A stretch of 60,288 bases of DNA from a virus (taxonomy: Duplodnaviria > Caudoviricetes). Position 1 is the stretch's first letter. Every line of letters begins with the position of its first letter. The notes under the pieces were generated by a model, which worked only from the letters and a program-made list of their open reading frames with translations, was not told the DNA's origin and searched no databases. Of this stretch, positions 48,128-58,636 are shown piece after piece. The position numbers were made by a program, and so were the translations under genes. The stretch spans positions 1-60,288 of IMG/VR virus record IMGVR_UViG_3300050021_000294. One strand, written 5' to 3'.

Positions 48128-49618
48128 GTGATAGTCATACAGACGACTCCATTAAGCTATAGAATACAAGTTGCTGCAAATGGACAATTGTTTGGGACGA
48201 ATCTCTATCTATCGAAATATCTAAAACGGTTTAATCATACAAAATGGGATAAACGATTAAGACGATCTATTTTGTATCGACGTTATATACGATATGATGA
48301 AAAGACTCAGACATTATACGCACCTAGATATGATCTTCCAGCGTTTTGTCAGTATCTACAATCTAGCGGCATTGCATATACCACCGAACAGTTACCATTA
48401 CAGATCGGTGCTGAAATAAATGTATCGCTTAAATCTCACATAAGAGATCGCAACGAACAACAAACAGCGGCAATTAATTATTTAACAACATGTTCGGAAT
48501 CTCAACGTGGATTATCATCCATGCCGGGCTTCGGAAAAACTTTTTGTGCAGTAAAATCTATTGCTATACTCGGACGTCGCACTATGATTTGTGTGGCTGG
48601 GTTAATAGAACAATGGCAAAATGCTATTCTTGAATATACCGAACTATCAGAATCTGATGTCTACATCATTCAAGGAGCAGTCTCTATAAATAAGTTATTG
48701 CTCCAAATTGATAAAACACTGTTTCCTAAGATTATTATTTGTTCATTGGGCACCATTCGAGCTTATTCTACCGGTGATGCAGCATATGAAAATCATCCTC
48801 CGTTTGTTGAATTATTTGATAGGCTGCGCGTTGGTGTGAAGGTTGTAGATGAAGCCCATTTGAATTTTTACCTCACACTAATGATAGACTTACAAACCAA
48901 TGCTGCAGTGAACATAGCATTGACTGCTACCTTTGATAGAGGTGACTATCAAGTCAAACAGATATTTGATTCTCATTATCCACATCTTATGCGATTTGGA
49001 GAAAATGTTCTAAATCGTTATGTTGATATCTACAGCTATAATTACAGCTTAGGAAATATGATACCAGCAAAAGCATATCTCACATCTGAGGGGTATAATC
49101 ATAGCAAGCTTGAAGAATATCTGATGCGGCGCGTACCAAAACATTTAGAATACATCTATAAGTTTGTTTATTCTCCTGCTATATATGCACATTATATCAA
49201 TAAGCGTCGCCCAGGACAAAGACTGTTGATATTGTGTACAACTGTGGCAATGTGTACTTGGTTGCATGATAAACTTGTTGCCGAACTATCACCAGAAGAA
49301 AATTTTAAAGTTGCACTCTATACTTATGAATCCAGTATTGATGTATTATCAGAAGCGGATATCGTCATATCAACACCAGGATCTGCCGGTACGGGAACTG
49401 ACATTAAAGATTTACTTATGGTATTAATGACCATAGCTACGGGCTCAGAGAATACTAATAAGCAATCCCTAGGAAGATTGCGTGAATTGTCTAATGGCGA
49501 CACACCAGTCTATGCTTATAGTTGGAATCGTGACTTGTCTCAACATCAGAAATATCAAGAAGCACGACGCCATACATATACCGCTCGTGGCAAATCCTTT
49601 CACGAGATTGTTTTATGA
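48128..49618 (+). CDS. SF2 DEAD/DEAH-box helicase (UvsW/Rad25-like, phiKZ gp75 position)
   Basis: PGFGKT, VVDEAH, LTAT, GTGTDI and QSLGRLR motifs. Confidence 0.9.
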   Translation: MIVIQTTPLSYRIQVAANGQLFGTNLYLSKYLKRFNHTKWDKRLRRSILYRRYIRYDEKTQTLYAPRYDLPAFCQYLQSSGIAYTTEQLPLQIGAEINVSLKSHIRDRNEQQTAAINYLTTCSESQRGLSSMPGFGKTFCAVKSIAILGRRTMICVAGLIEQWQNAILEYTELSESDVYIIQGAVSINKLLLQIDKTLFPKIIICSLGTIRAYSTGDAAYENHPPFVELFDRLRVGVKVVDEAHLNFYLTLMIDLQTNAAVNIALTATFDRGDYQVKQIFDSHYPHLMRFGENVLNRYVDIYSYNYSLGNMIPAKAYLTSEGYNHSKLEEYLMRRVPKHLEYIYKFVYSPAIYAHYINKRRPGQRLLILCTTVAMCTWLHDKLVAELSPEENFKVALYTYESSIDVLSEADIVISTPGSAGTGTDIKDLLMVLMTIATGSENTNKQSLGRLRELSNGDTPVYAYSWNRDLSQHQKYQEARRHTYTARGKSFHEIVL

Positions 49619-49667
49619 TATGTCGAGACTATTTCTTGAGTTTACTCTAATCAAAAAAGGATAGATT

Positions 49668-50330
49668 ATGACAAAATTAGTTGCTGAAATGCCGAGCATC
49701 GAACTTCCTTCAGCAGGAAAACATAGTTCCGGTACACGACATATGACGGGATATAAAATTGAAGTAAGAACTTCTTACAATAATCCAACCATTCTTGGTG
49801 AATTTGTTATCGACAACGTATGGCGTGAAATTCCAGTCATCGCTGGTGCAACTCCATATGGTATCAACATTCCAGTCGGTGAGTATGACCGAAAGATGTT
49901 GTCTGATGTTGGACTGCTGTCATATATTGCAGCAGAAGCCCATCGTTGGGCCTTCTTGGCAGTTGTTGATTCTGCCAAGATATCTGGTGCTCTCTGCATC
50001 GAAACTCGTTTTGTCAAAGTGAAGTATAGTTATTCCTATACCACTGAAGAAATTGGTGTATCCGAACCACACGAAAGTATGTCATATAAACGAGATGTTG
50101 CTGCATTTAAACCACGATATCCTGTCAAGGATGAACCCGAACCAATTGAAGATGGATCTGCAGCACGTGCTGCACTAGATGTCGTAAAAACTCCGACAAA
50201 AAGTATGCTAAATGCTGCCCGAGATTGGTCAATCAAGAAACATGGTAGAGGTATTGGCAACGAAGATGCAATTGGTTGTTGGAATGCCATGTGGGAAGCA
50301 GCAGTCAATCCACCACCCCAAGAAGAATGA
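49668..50330 (+). CDS. hypothetical two-domain protein
   Basis: C-terminal PT..M..AA...W.AM..AA domain common in phage hypothetical proteins. Confidence 0.6.
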   Translation: MTKLVAEMPSIELPSAGKHSSGTRHMTGYKIEVRTSYNNPTILGEFVIDNVWREIPVIAGATPYGINIPVGEYDRKMLSDVGLLSYIAAEAHRWAFLAVVDSAKISGALCIETRFVKVKYSYSYTTEEIGVSEPHESMSYKRDVAAFKPRYPVKDEPEPIEDGSAARAALDVVKTPTKSMLNAARDWSIKKHGRGIGNEDAIGCWNAMWEAAVNPPPQEE

Positions 50331-50399
50331 TGATTAAATTAGACTACCTGTAATGCTTAGAATTTATCTACAAAACACAACAGAAGATTTGTAAATATC

Positions 50400-50786
50400 A
50401 TGTTGAAAACAACAGTTATACCTGAATTGGCTACTAAAACATTAGCCCTTTATAAAGTATTGGGTGAAATTGAACAATGTGATATCGCAATAAGGGCTTA
50501 TGCTGAGCATGGAAACTCCGGTACTGTTCATGATCTTGAACACAAACAAATGCGAGAAGTTGCTTGTAAAAAAGTACAAGAAATCACAGCTGTCATTTTC
50601 ACAGTTGTCAATATCAATAATCCTAAAACAACTGCAGAACAAGAACGAGATGAACTATTAACTATTCTTCGTGATATTGTATATCGTGACTCAGAGGGTA
50701 TTATTCACGATACCTATCGTACAGATATTGATCTTGGAGAAATACACCCGACTCTTGAAAAATGGATACCACAAAGAAAGCTCTAA
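50400..50786 (+). CDS. hypothetical protein
   Basis: Co-oriented ORF. Confidence 0.55.
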   Translation: MLKTTVIPELATKTLALYKVLGEIEQCDIAIRAYAEHGNSGTVHDLEHKQMREVACKKVQEITAVIFTVVNINNPKTTAEQERDELLTILRDIVYRDSEGIIHDTYRTDIDLGEIHPTLEKWIPQRKL

Positions 50787-50808
50787 TGATTAGAAATGGA
50801 GAATTGTT

Positions 50809-51111
50809 ATGAGTGAATCAATTAAAATGAGTCCAGAGGATGTTCGTAAAAAATATAGATTACTTAAGTCACTACAAGCAAAAACTTCTTTGGCTTTAAC
50901 CATACTTGAACGTGATTGTACCCACCCACTACTAACAATGAAGTATGGAGGAAGTAGTGGGAACTATGATCCATCTGATAATCATTATTGGATTGATTGG
51001 GCATGTCCAGACTGTGGTAGGCGTTGGACTACTCCACAAGACAGTAATGAGAAACGAAAATATCCACAGGCGATTGACATAACACATCTTGATTTAGCAT
51101 CCCGCCGCTAA
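50809..51111 (+). CDS. small zinc-ribbon protein
   Basis: CTH ... CPDC; GGAG RBS. Confidence 0.6.
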   Translation: MSESIKMSPEDVRKKYRLLKSLQAKTSLALTILERDCTHPLLTMKYGGSSGNYDPSDNHYWIDWACPDCGRRWTTPQDSNEKRKYPQAIDITHLDLASRR

Positions 51112-51140
51112 CTTCAATTTCATAACGATTTGGGTGACAC

Positions 51141-51707
51141 ATGTTCAAAATAAATCTTGATGCTACTAAAGTTCCAGCATGTTCTATCTGGATCGATCTT
51201 ATGAAATTCCCAATGCCTCACACCACAGATATGATTTTATCAGATCTGGGTCTTAGTGAAGAACAATTGAGTTTTGCTAGAGATAATGTAGTATCTTCTA
51301 GTAATAGTAGATATACTACTTTGTTCTATCGATATTGTAGTATGCGCATTATCAACTATATTCCAAAAACATTTGCAAAAGTTATTTCTGGTGGATACGA
51401 CTACATAGCAATGACACTTGATGTAGAAAATCTATTTGATTTACCCGTACTACCAAAGCTCGATGTCTATACATATCGCACACTTCTCCCAGATGCAGTT
51501 GTTGTTTCGTTTTCCCAAGAACTTCATCTCGGTGAGCGAATTGTAGTTCATCGCAATCTCAATAATGATCAACGAATGGTACAATATTGTACGAGAGGAG
51601 ATCGGGCCTATCCTCTGTTTAACCGACTCATGTTGTTGAAACAGCATAGTGATGCTATTCTGATAACCAATGATACAATTCGAGAAGTGCTACGCATTGG
51701 CACTTAG
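51141..51707 (+). CDS. hypothetical protein (possible decayed ligase adenylation-domain remnant)
   Basis: C-terminal DAILITND......IGT loosely parallels LigA motif IV (DGVVIKVND.....LG.T); no KxDG. Confidence 0.5.
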   Translation: MFKINLDATKVPACSIWIDLMKFPMPHTTDMILSDLGLSEEQLSFARDNVVSSSNSRYTTLFYRYCSMRIINYIPKTFAKVISGGYDYIAMTLDVENLFDLPVLPKLDVYTYRTLLPDAVVVSFSQELHLGERIVVHRNLNNDQRMVQYCTRGDRAYPLFNRLMLLKQHSDAILITNDTIREVLRIGT

Positions 51708-51713
51708 GAAATC

Positions 51714-52571
51714 ATGACACAATCTCAAACGACTGTTGTAATAGAGCATATTACCATTCCACCAAATAGATTTGGTAGACTTCATCCAAGAATTTTTGCA
51801 GAAACACCCGAAGATTATAATTCCAATTTAGATATAGAACTATCCAGCATCGATGATGTCATCAAGAGAGATTATCGCAAAGGTGATGTTGTTGAATTGA
51901 ATTATATTGGAACCATTCCACAACTTGGAAAAATACTACAACCTACAAAAATTACGTTTCCCACAGAATCAAGTCTCGATCACGAATTGAGAATTGTTCG
52001 TAGTGGTCGGTGTACGAGTTGTTACAATCCACTAACTTGTCGCAATGGAAATTTGTATTGTGATAACACGACCTGTTCTTATAAAAACATTGATCGACTC
52101 GTGTATGCCTGCGGTCATCGAATATTAGATCTACCGGTTGGTAAATTAGATCTGGCCTATTGGTATTCAGATCAGTGTAGTGATATTGTGGCTCCAGTGA
52201 CACAGCTTCTCACTGCAGAACGAGACATACTAAATCAATTTGCTAAAGATGAAGATGAATTGAATTATATATTAGATACTTTTGTAACGCGACACAACCA
52301 ATTACACGGATATACCTATCCAGATGAAGTTCAATTGATTACCCAAGGTCGATTTCTAAATGCTTTATCCTTAAGAGGACTCTATCAATCAAATATCAAT
52401 CATCTTCAGACCGGATTGGCCTATGCAAATTGGCAGTGGAAAGATCTTCCGACTGTTTTGACAGATTCAAAGAAATTACAATCTCTAGGCATTCCACAAA
52501 AAGATGCTCGTGAAATTGTACAATCTACTTTGTTAGGAATAGACGAAGTCGCTTCTTTTGCCAATCTCTAG
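51714..52571 (+). CDS. NAD-dependent DNA ligase C-terminal-like protein (OB-fold, C4 Zn finger, HhH), no catalytic domain
   Basis: I...NRFGRLHP, I.RDYRKGDVV....G.IP, CTSC...LYC.N..C, RL.Y...H..LDL..G, FLNALS..G parallel LigA C-terminal motifs. Confidence 0.72.
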   Translation: MTQSQTTVVIEHITIPPNRFGRLHPRIFAETPEDYNSNLDIELSSIDDVIKRDYRKGDVVELNYIGTIPQLGKILQPTKITFPTESSLDHELRIVRSGRCTSCYNPLTCRNGNLYCDNTTCSYKNIDRLVYACGHRILDLPVGKLDLAYWYSDQCSDIVAPVTQLLTAERDILNQFAKDEDELNYILDTFVTRHNQLHGYTYPDEVQLITQGRFLNALSLRGLYQSNINHLQTGLAYANWQWKDLPTVLTDSKKLQSLGIPQKDAREIVQSTLLGIDEVASFANL

Positions 52572-52583
52572 GATCAATGTATT

Positions 52584-53387
52584 ATGTCGAATTGTGAACA
52601 CATTCCAGTTTTAATTAAACACATCACGGCCGAACATGATAGATTTGGTCGCATACATTCTGTTGTAGAAATCTCTCCAATTATACGCAATGAAACTAAA
52701 ATATCAAAAATACATTTAACCGAACTTGATGATCTACTTTATATTAAATATAAAGTAGATGAAGTTATTAAACTTCCATTTATAGGAAATATTCCAAGAT
52801 TTAATTCTTCAAATAATCATTTTAGAGATTATTGTTATTGTTGTAATAAATTTCTTATTAATAAATATGGGGGCCTTTATTGTCCCAATGAAAATTGTTC
52901 AAAAACAATAGTTGCTCGTCTTATATATGCTGCACGTAAACCACTGTTAGATTTACCTATTTGTAAAGAAACATTAGAAGACATTGTTTTGAGTAGTGAT
53001 TTTGTCAACGATCTTCCTAGTTTGTTGTGTGTTGATATCAACCAACTGGATGAACTATTTGATCGCACTGAAAGTGAATTGATTGTTAGCGCCTTACAGT
53101 TGAGAATGGATCGATTGTTTGGTCGGGGATGTTCGCAGGAAGAACAATTGTTGGTACAAAGTAAGTTCCTCGATGCACTATCCATAACCGGTCTATATAA
53201 CAAAGACCGCATGAAAATTCATAAGGAATTGCAGGATAGAACTTGGTGTTGGGAAAATCTTACTGAAGTTCTTACTGATACCGGTTTTCTTGTTAAGTGT
53301 GGTATTGTAGCACAAGATGCTCGTGTTATCACTAAACATGCATTGAACCGAATTGTAGAACTAGATACCCTAGCTCGAGGGTTTTGA
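52584..53387 (+). CDS. second ligase OB-Zn-HhH-like paralogue
   Basis: HITAEHDRFGRIHSVVEI.PI, IGNIP, CYCC...LYCPNENC, ARL.Y..RKP.LDL, FLDALSI.GL. Confidence 0.72.
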   Translation: MSNCEHIPVLIKHITAEHDRFGRIHSVVEISPIIRNETKISKIHLTELDDLLYIKYKVDEVIKLPFIGNIPRFNSSNNHFRDYCYCCNKFLINKYGGLYCPNENCSKTIVARLIYAARKPLLDLPICKETLEDIVLSSDFVNDLPSLLCVDINQLDELFDRTESELIVSALQLRMDRLFGRGCSQEEQLLVQSKFLDALSITGLYNKDRMKIHKELQDRTWCWENLTEVLTDTGFLVKCGIVAQDARVITKHALNRIVELDTLARGF

Positions 53388-53396
53388 TATCTAACA

Positions 53397-53708
53397 ATGA
53401 AAGAAACTATCATGAATACTCCAGTTATGTCACAACAAGAAAAGACTTTTCAAACAACAATTGAAATTCTTCGACGACAGCGAGAAACACAATCCGATTT
53501 AGTGGTACAACTTTCTGTACAAATTACCGAACTAGCTGCACACTCTGCTGCACAACAACAAAGTATCATCGATCTTCAACAGGAAAAAGATGAACTACTT
53601 GTTGAACAATCATGCATGTTGAATAATACACGACATGTCATTGCCAAACTTGATCAATTAGATAAGCAATTGAAATTGATTCTATCTTCAGTAAATATGC
53701 TTGTGTAG
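53397..53708 (+). CDS. small coiled-coil protein
   Basis: Heptad-rich Q/E/L sequence. Confidence 0.55.
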   Translation: MKETIMNTPVMSQQEKTFQTTIEILRRQRETQSDLVVQLSVQITELAAHSAAQQQSIIDLQQEKDELLVEQSCMLNNTRHVIAKLDQLDKQLKLILSSVNMLV

Positions 53709-53761
53709 GATGATGATTTAATCATCATCTTATAGAATTCATAAAAAGATAGGAGAGTCTT

Positions 53762-54868
53762 ATGTTTGCAGCACTAGAACAGACCACTATGATGACGCCA
53801 ATGGATTCCACAATGCAAGAATTTGACGATACGGTATTTGATGGTCTGGCATTGGAAGTAGAAATCAATGAACTTCGTCAAGAAGTTCGTGCAACAATGA
53901 CAACGATCGACGAACTCAATGCTCTACATGCTAGTATCGAAGCACATGGATTGTCAGTTGCTCTGTTACAATTTGCCAATACGAACAATGCTTTAAGTCT
54001 TGTCATTCCGGAAATTCCTTCACTTGAATCGATGAGTGTCGAATCGACAGATGAAGCACGAGATGCTGCTTTAGAAGGCATTTTGCGCACCGTTGGTGAT
54101 CTCGTTGGTGGGGTGATTACTAAAATCAAAGCCATGGGTGCTAAGATTATCTCTTCTATCAAATTGTGGTTTGAATCAACTACTGAATTGCAAAAACAAA
54201 CAGCAAAGTACAAAGCGGCAGTTGCTGGTAAGGCGTTTGATACCGAACTCTTCAATACACTTACGTCGAAACTGATTCCATGCAACCAACTCATCGAACT
54301 GATTGACCTTGGTCCGGCGAATAGTACTTTTACATTTGCCATCATGAAGATGAAGGTTCCAGAAACCAATACTGATAGAGAGATATGGTTGACTGAATAC
54401 CACAAGCTTTATGCTAAATACATAGGTGGTTTCTCTATTGTTAAAAACGAATGGGTTTTGAAACCAAAACCAACATCAACAACATATACTGCTGCTGGCT
54501 ATACTGAAAAATCATTTGATGATATTGTCAATCACCTTGAAGCTTTTGTTGAAGACGAACTTCACAACTACGATAGTCTCTGTGCTGAATTTGAACGCTA
54601 TGAAGATTATGTTATGCGGCGTCTTGACGAATTGACTGTGACCAATACGACAAGTGGTCATAATACTCAAATTGATCCAGAAACCAATCGTCCGAAAGTC
54701 ACAATAGGTAAATCAACCACAGTAACAAAAACTGAAGGTGCTAAGATTTTGGATTATGTGTTTGATCTTTCTGGAGAGCACTATATCCGCAATAGCAATA
54801 TTAGCTGGAAAGATGGTGCTCGTCGTGGTCTGCGCGTGCTGAATGATTTGACTAAGGCCTACAAGTAA
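53762..54868 (+). CDS. internal head (inner-body-type) protein with propeptide
   Basis: Acidic N-terminus with repeated ALE/SIE/SLE/SVE sites, then ALEG and an amphipathic helix, as in protease-processed phiKZ head proteins. Confidence 0.65.
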   Translation: MFAALEQTTMMTPMDSTMQEFDDTVFDGLALEVEINELRQEVRATMTTIDELNALHASIEAHGLSVALLQFANTNNALSLVIPEIPSLESMSVESTDEARDAALEGILRTVGDLVGGVITKIKAMGAKIISSIKLWFESTTELQKQTAKYKAAVAGKAFDTELFNTLTSKLIPCNQLIELIDLGPANSTFTFAIMKMKVPETNTDREIWLTEYHKLYAKYIGGFSIVKNEWVLKPKPTSTTYTAAGYTEKSFDDIVNHLEAFVEDELHNYDSLCAEFERYEDYVMRRLDELTVTNTTSGHNTQIDPETNRPKVTIGKSTTVTKTEGAKILDYVFDLSGEHYIRNSNISWKDGARRGLRVLNDLTKAYK

Positions 54869-54900
54869 TTTCGTTAACATATTTTTTGTTTGAATACGAC

Positions 54901-54934
54901 AGTACTGAGATCGGCACATGCCGATCTCAGTACT
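54901..54934. terminator. bidirectional hairpin terminator
   Basis: AGTACTGAGATCGGCA-CA-TGCCGATCTCAGTACT. Confidence 0.75.
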
Positions 54935-54964
54935 ACCAACTCCAAAATTGTCTAGGAATATATA

Positions 54965-55864
54965 CTACAAAGTAACTAGTTTTGCTTCAATAGCCACCAA
55001 TCGTGAGATGACACCTGTGAAGGCGGCATCAGTACCGAGATCGGCCGCTGTCAAAAATGTATTGGCACCAAGATAGGCATTGATATTGACGAGAGTCTGA
55101 TAAATAGAAGACACATCAGATAATGTTACGCCACCACCATAAGCATGATAAGTGACAGAAATAATACCAGCAAATGGTCGAGTTACTAGAATGGATCGAT
55201 ATACACCAGAAGTATTGGTGGTAGAACGCGTTCTTTCTATATCGCAACCAATGATGATATAATCAACATTTCTAACCAATGGCACAGGTGGTGTGGTGCC
55301 AGAGATAGTCAATACCACACTATCAGCAAAGAATGCTCCAGAAACCGGAATGATGAGATTCATTCCAGAAAAAGTATTTGTGGTATAAGGTTCTGCAACA
55401 ATAAGATTGGATGTATTGGTTTCATTTGGATCAGCTGGTAATAATTTAGGTATTGCTGGTGTTGATGTAGTTGTCGTTGTCATAATCGAAAGTTTTGTCT
55501 CAATGACAGCCAATCGTGATAGTATATTAGCGATTACATCTTTATAAAGCAGTTGATAATTACAAGAGATTGTATATGGTGTTGTAAAGGCAGTAATAAT
55601 TTGAATACTACTTATCAAAGTTGCCGTAAAAACACTACTGACAGCCATCGCTTGACCCATCGCAGTGTAATCCGCAACAGCAACTGTCCAATCGGTACCA
55701 AATACTAAAGTCGTGGAAGTACCAAGAATAGTTATGTCTAAACTATTTTGATAAATAGGTGTTTTAAAATCTATTCGTTGACCAACCATAAAAATTCTAT
55801 ACTGGTCATTCGTCACCGCATAAGTTGGATCAACTCCGGTGAGATCTGGCGTGGTATCAGACAT
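54965..55864 (-). CDS. virion structural (baseplate/tail) protein
   Basis: DLTG..P.Y.V and D...TN..N.I..E..., IP..G.FF..S, L....DY and Y.A.GG motifs of phiKZ-like tail proteins. Confidence 0.6.
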   Translation of the reverse strand: MSDTTPDLTGVDPTYAVTNDQYRIFMVGQRIDFKTPIYQNSLDITILGTSTTLVFGTDWTVAVADYTAMGQAMAVSSVFTATLISSIQIITAFTTPYTISCNYQLLYKDVIANILSRLAVIETKLSIMTTTTTSTPAIPKLLPADPNETNTSNLIVAEPYTTNTFSGMNLIIPVSGAFFADSVVLTISGTTPPVPLVRNVDYIIIGCDIERTRSTTNTSGVYRSILVTRPFAGIISVTYHAYGGGVTLSDVSSIYQTLVNINAYLGANTFLTAADLGTDAAFTGVISRLVAIEAKLVTL

Positions 55865-55887
55865 ATCCTACGATCCTCCGGACATTG

Positions 55888-56502
55888 TTAGGGAGCAGCA
55901 AGTGCAATCAATGTATTTTGATAATAAGTATTGAGATTTTGGGCAGCCGTTGCTAATGCAATCTGTTGTTGTAATTGTTGATAAAGTGTTGCATATGGCA
56001 CTTGGGCATCTGTACGAGCAGCTACTAATGCGACATAATCCGCTGCAGACATATACGTTGTGCCGAGACTATAAAGTTTGACTGGACTGGTTACTCCAAC
56101 AACTCCACTGATAATGGAATTGATTTCACTAACAATCCAAGTTAATGCAGCTTCATCGGCAAATAGTCCAAGTGAAACACCAATAGCAAGATTGTTATAA
56201 CAACCAACCATAGGATCTGGTACTGTTGCTAACAGTGAGGATGGTATATAAATAGAAGTACCTATACCATTTGCTGGTACTAAATAAAGCACCGTGTCAT
56301 TTGCATAGTTGTGGGCATCGGTCGTATATTGTGCCGAACTAAGTCCCGCCGGAATGTAGAGATTGATAACAAAATCGATACCAACAGTAATAGCTTCATC
56401 AAAAGAAAGCAATTCTTTTACAGTATATATGCCATTTAAAGTGGTAAAACCAGTATTGAAGGTATAAGCACAAGTACTATCTATGACGGGTAATGGAATC
56501 AT
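55888..56502 (-). CDS. putative virion structural protein
   Basis: Coupled operon; IYIPSS.L..VPD and LAIGVSLG patterns. Confidence 0.55.
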   Translation of the reverse strand: MIPLPVIDSTCAYTFNTGFTTLNGIYTVKELLSFDEAITVGIDFVINLYIPAGLSSAQYTTDAHNYANDTVLYLVPANGIGTSIYIPSSLLATVPDPMVGCYNNLAIGVSLGLFADEAALTWIVSEINSIISGVVGVTSPVKLYSLGTTYMSAADYVALVAARTDAQVPYATLYQQLQQQIALATAAQNLNTYYQNTLIALAAP

Positions 56503-57908
56503 GGCGCTGGTACCAGACTGAGATAGGATGTCTTTGTCATGACGTAATAGATGACATCTCCCACACTAAATGTAATATAACTACGGGAATCATTTGGTGG
56601 AGTATAAAGTGACAGCAGTGGATTGACTACAACATTTCCAGAAGCACGAGATAGTGCAGATCCTAATAGTGCTGCAAACTGTTGGGTCAATATAGTCATC
56701 GTTGCAAATAGTGGATTGGTGGTAGCCACATTTTGATACGTTGGATGTTCTCCAAGCAATGATAATCTCAATGGATCATTTCCACTATCTGGTATAGCCA
56801 AGACGGTCATAGCATTGTAGAAAGCTGAAATGAGATCAAGATTTGCTGTAATAAATCCGGTTGTCATATCATACAGTGCAACTTCTGCATCGGAGATGGC
56901 TGTTGGTATAGATACTATATTTGGATAAATAATGACACTAATAAGCGAAGTGGTTGCTTCCCACATCGGCAATAGATAAAATACTTCCGTTACAAACAAG
57001 GATGGAAAAAGTGCTTTCCAGCCAGCTAAAGTACCAACACCGGGTACTAAAGAAGTTCCGGTGACGGCACTTATCAGTAGATTCCGAATGGCTGTCCTAA
57101 TGGCAATATCCCCAGGAACACATCCATTATAAAGTATGTTAAATTCAACCGGAGCTGAATTTCCAAAACCATCAACTACCAATACAGTTTTTGCGACATA
57201 TCCACTATACTGAGCAGATTGGATATAACTTTGAAGATCCTGTTGACTTGTACTACTAGATACCAATGCTGTGGTGAAGACATTATCTGTGCTTGTTGTA
57301 ATACTCAGGGTATAAAGTTCTGATAAGGGTATCGGTGGGATTACAACAGCAATTGTCGACAGCGGATACTTGGTATAAAAGATTGTATTGTTTAACCAAA
57401 TACGAAATTGATATTGAGTGCCATCAGTAATTACAAAAGTAAATGTCACATAATCAGGACAAATAATGGCTGTCGGTACAATGGTATCATATACATCCGC
57501 TGAGGTATGTGTTGTGCTGTAAACATAACTTGATGTGAGATACTGTGGCCATGCTACAAGTGCTAATTCAACTTCGGCTGTCGTGGCACTTGTATTATAA
57601 GCAAAACAAAGTTGATCGATAATAGCAAATAAATTCTGTCGTTCAGTTAAAGTCCAAACAGTTTGAGTTGCAGTTAAGACTGCAGCGTATTCATTTTGAT
57701 CAATGATCAATCGTGATTTGGTTGTAAAGGGTAGATTGAGATCAAGTGCACGAGATGTTCGTGGATCTGTAAATTCTTGTGGGGTTACAAAATAAGATAA
57801 TGATTGGGAAGATAATACACACATACCACCATTTTTACGAACTGGATTGAGTCCACTGGTGATATCTAAGAAACTTGGGTCATACAGGAATGCATGGATA
57901 ATCGCCAC
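56499..57908 (-). CDS. putative virion structural protein
   Basis: LSSQSLSY, RIWL....F...YP, W..LFPSLF...F...P.W; coupled operon. Confidence 0.55.
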   Translation of the reverse strand: MAIIHAFLYDPSFLDITSGLNPVRKNGGMCVLSSQSLSYFVTPQEFTDPRTSRALDLNLPFTTKSRLIIDQNEYAAVLTATQTVWTLTERQNLFAIIDQLCFAYNTSATTAEVELALVAWPQYLTSSYVYSTTHTSADVYDTIVPTAIICPDYVTFTFVITDGTQYQFRIWLNNTIFYTKYPLSTIAVVIPPIPLSELYTLSITTSTDNVFTTALVSSSTSQQDLQSYIQSAQYSGYVAKTVLVVDGFGNSAPVEFNILYNGCVPGDIAIRTAIRNLLISAVTGTSLVPGVGTLAGWKALFPSLFVTEVFYLLPMWEATTSLISVIIYPNIVSIPTAISDAEVALYDMTTGFITANLDLISAFYNAMTVLAIPDSGNDPLRLSLLGEHPTYQNVATTNPLFATMTILTQQFAALLGSALSRASGNVVVNPLLSLYTPPNDSRSYITFSVGDVIYYVMTKTSYLSLVPAP

Positions 57909-58102
57909 TATAACAATCCTTTATAATACATATTCGTGGTTCTAGCTGAACTATAGGATGTTCATACTGCCTTAGTAATTATTTTATTACAATGTGCTAT
58001 TATCTATTGAAGAGAGAGATAGATATATCTTATGAGGGAACTCCTTATGTTCCTCCTGAAAGAGTCTCCTATAAACCAATATTGAATGAAAGAAGTTGTA
58101 CC

Positions 58103-58399
58103 ATGAAGAGAAAAAATACGTTTCCATTTACAGCAAGTATGCGACGTTTCGATGACGCATCTGGCGATGTTGAGAATTTTTATACCATTCATGGGACAAC
58201 TGTTGTTTTTAACAGCGACCTTGTTGATTCATTTACCATGCTTCCTGTTGTCGATTCAAACTCCATTGGTGTGAGATTGCATAATCAAGATGGCACCTGT
58301 ATCGATAGACTGTTTTCTATGGTTGACGATAAACTCTGTGAAGTTCCTCCAACCATGCCACCGATTCCTGGAATCGCGATTGACCACCACGCACTGTAA
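58103..58399 (+). CDS. hypothetical protein
   Basis: ORF ending at a hairpin; start uncertain (57992 in the ORF track). Confidence 0.45.
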   Translation: MKRKNTFPFTASMRRFDDASGDVENFYTIHGTTVVFNSDLVDSFTMLPVVDSNSIGVRLHNQDGTCIDRLFSMVDDKLCEVPPTMPPIPGIAIDHHAL

Positions 58400-58411
58400 T
58401 ATTGACGCCTC

Positions 58412-58450
58412 ATGATAGTGATCATCTCGATTTGAGATGATCACTATCAT
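58412..58450. terminator. hairpin terminator
   Basis: ATGATAGTGATCATCTC-GATTT-GAGATGATCACTATCAT. Confidence 0.7.
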
Positions 58451-58474
58451 CACATAATAACTTCATTGAAATCT

Positions 58475-58589
58475 CAGATACATATTATTTTTTTGAAGTA
58501 AATAGTTACAATGGCGTGAGGCCATAGTGTTTTTTGGAGAGATCATCACTCGTACCTATATAGTTCATATTCATACAGATATATATTAT
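58475..58589 (+). promoter_or_regulatory. two tandem early promoter motifs
   Basis: CAGATACATATTAT (58475) and CAGATATATATTAT (58576). Confidence 0.65.
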
Positions 58590-58636
58590 TTATGTGAAGA
58601 TGTCGGAGTTTTAACAGTCATTCTGGAGTAATAGCT

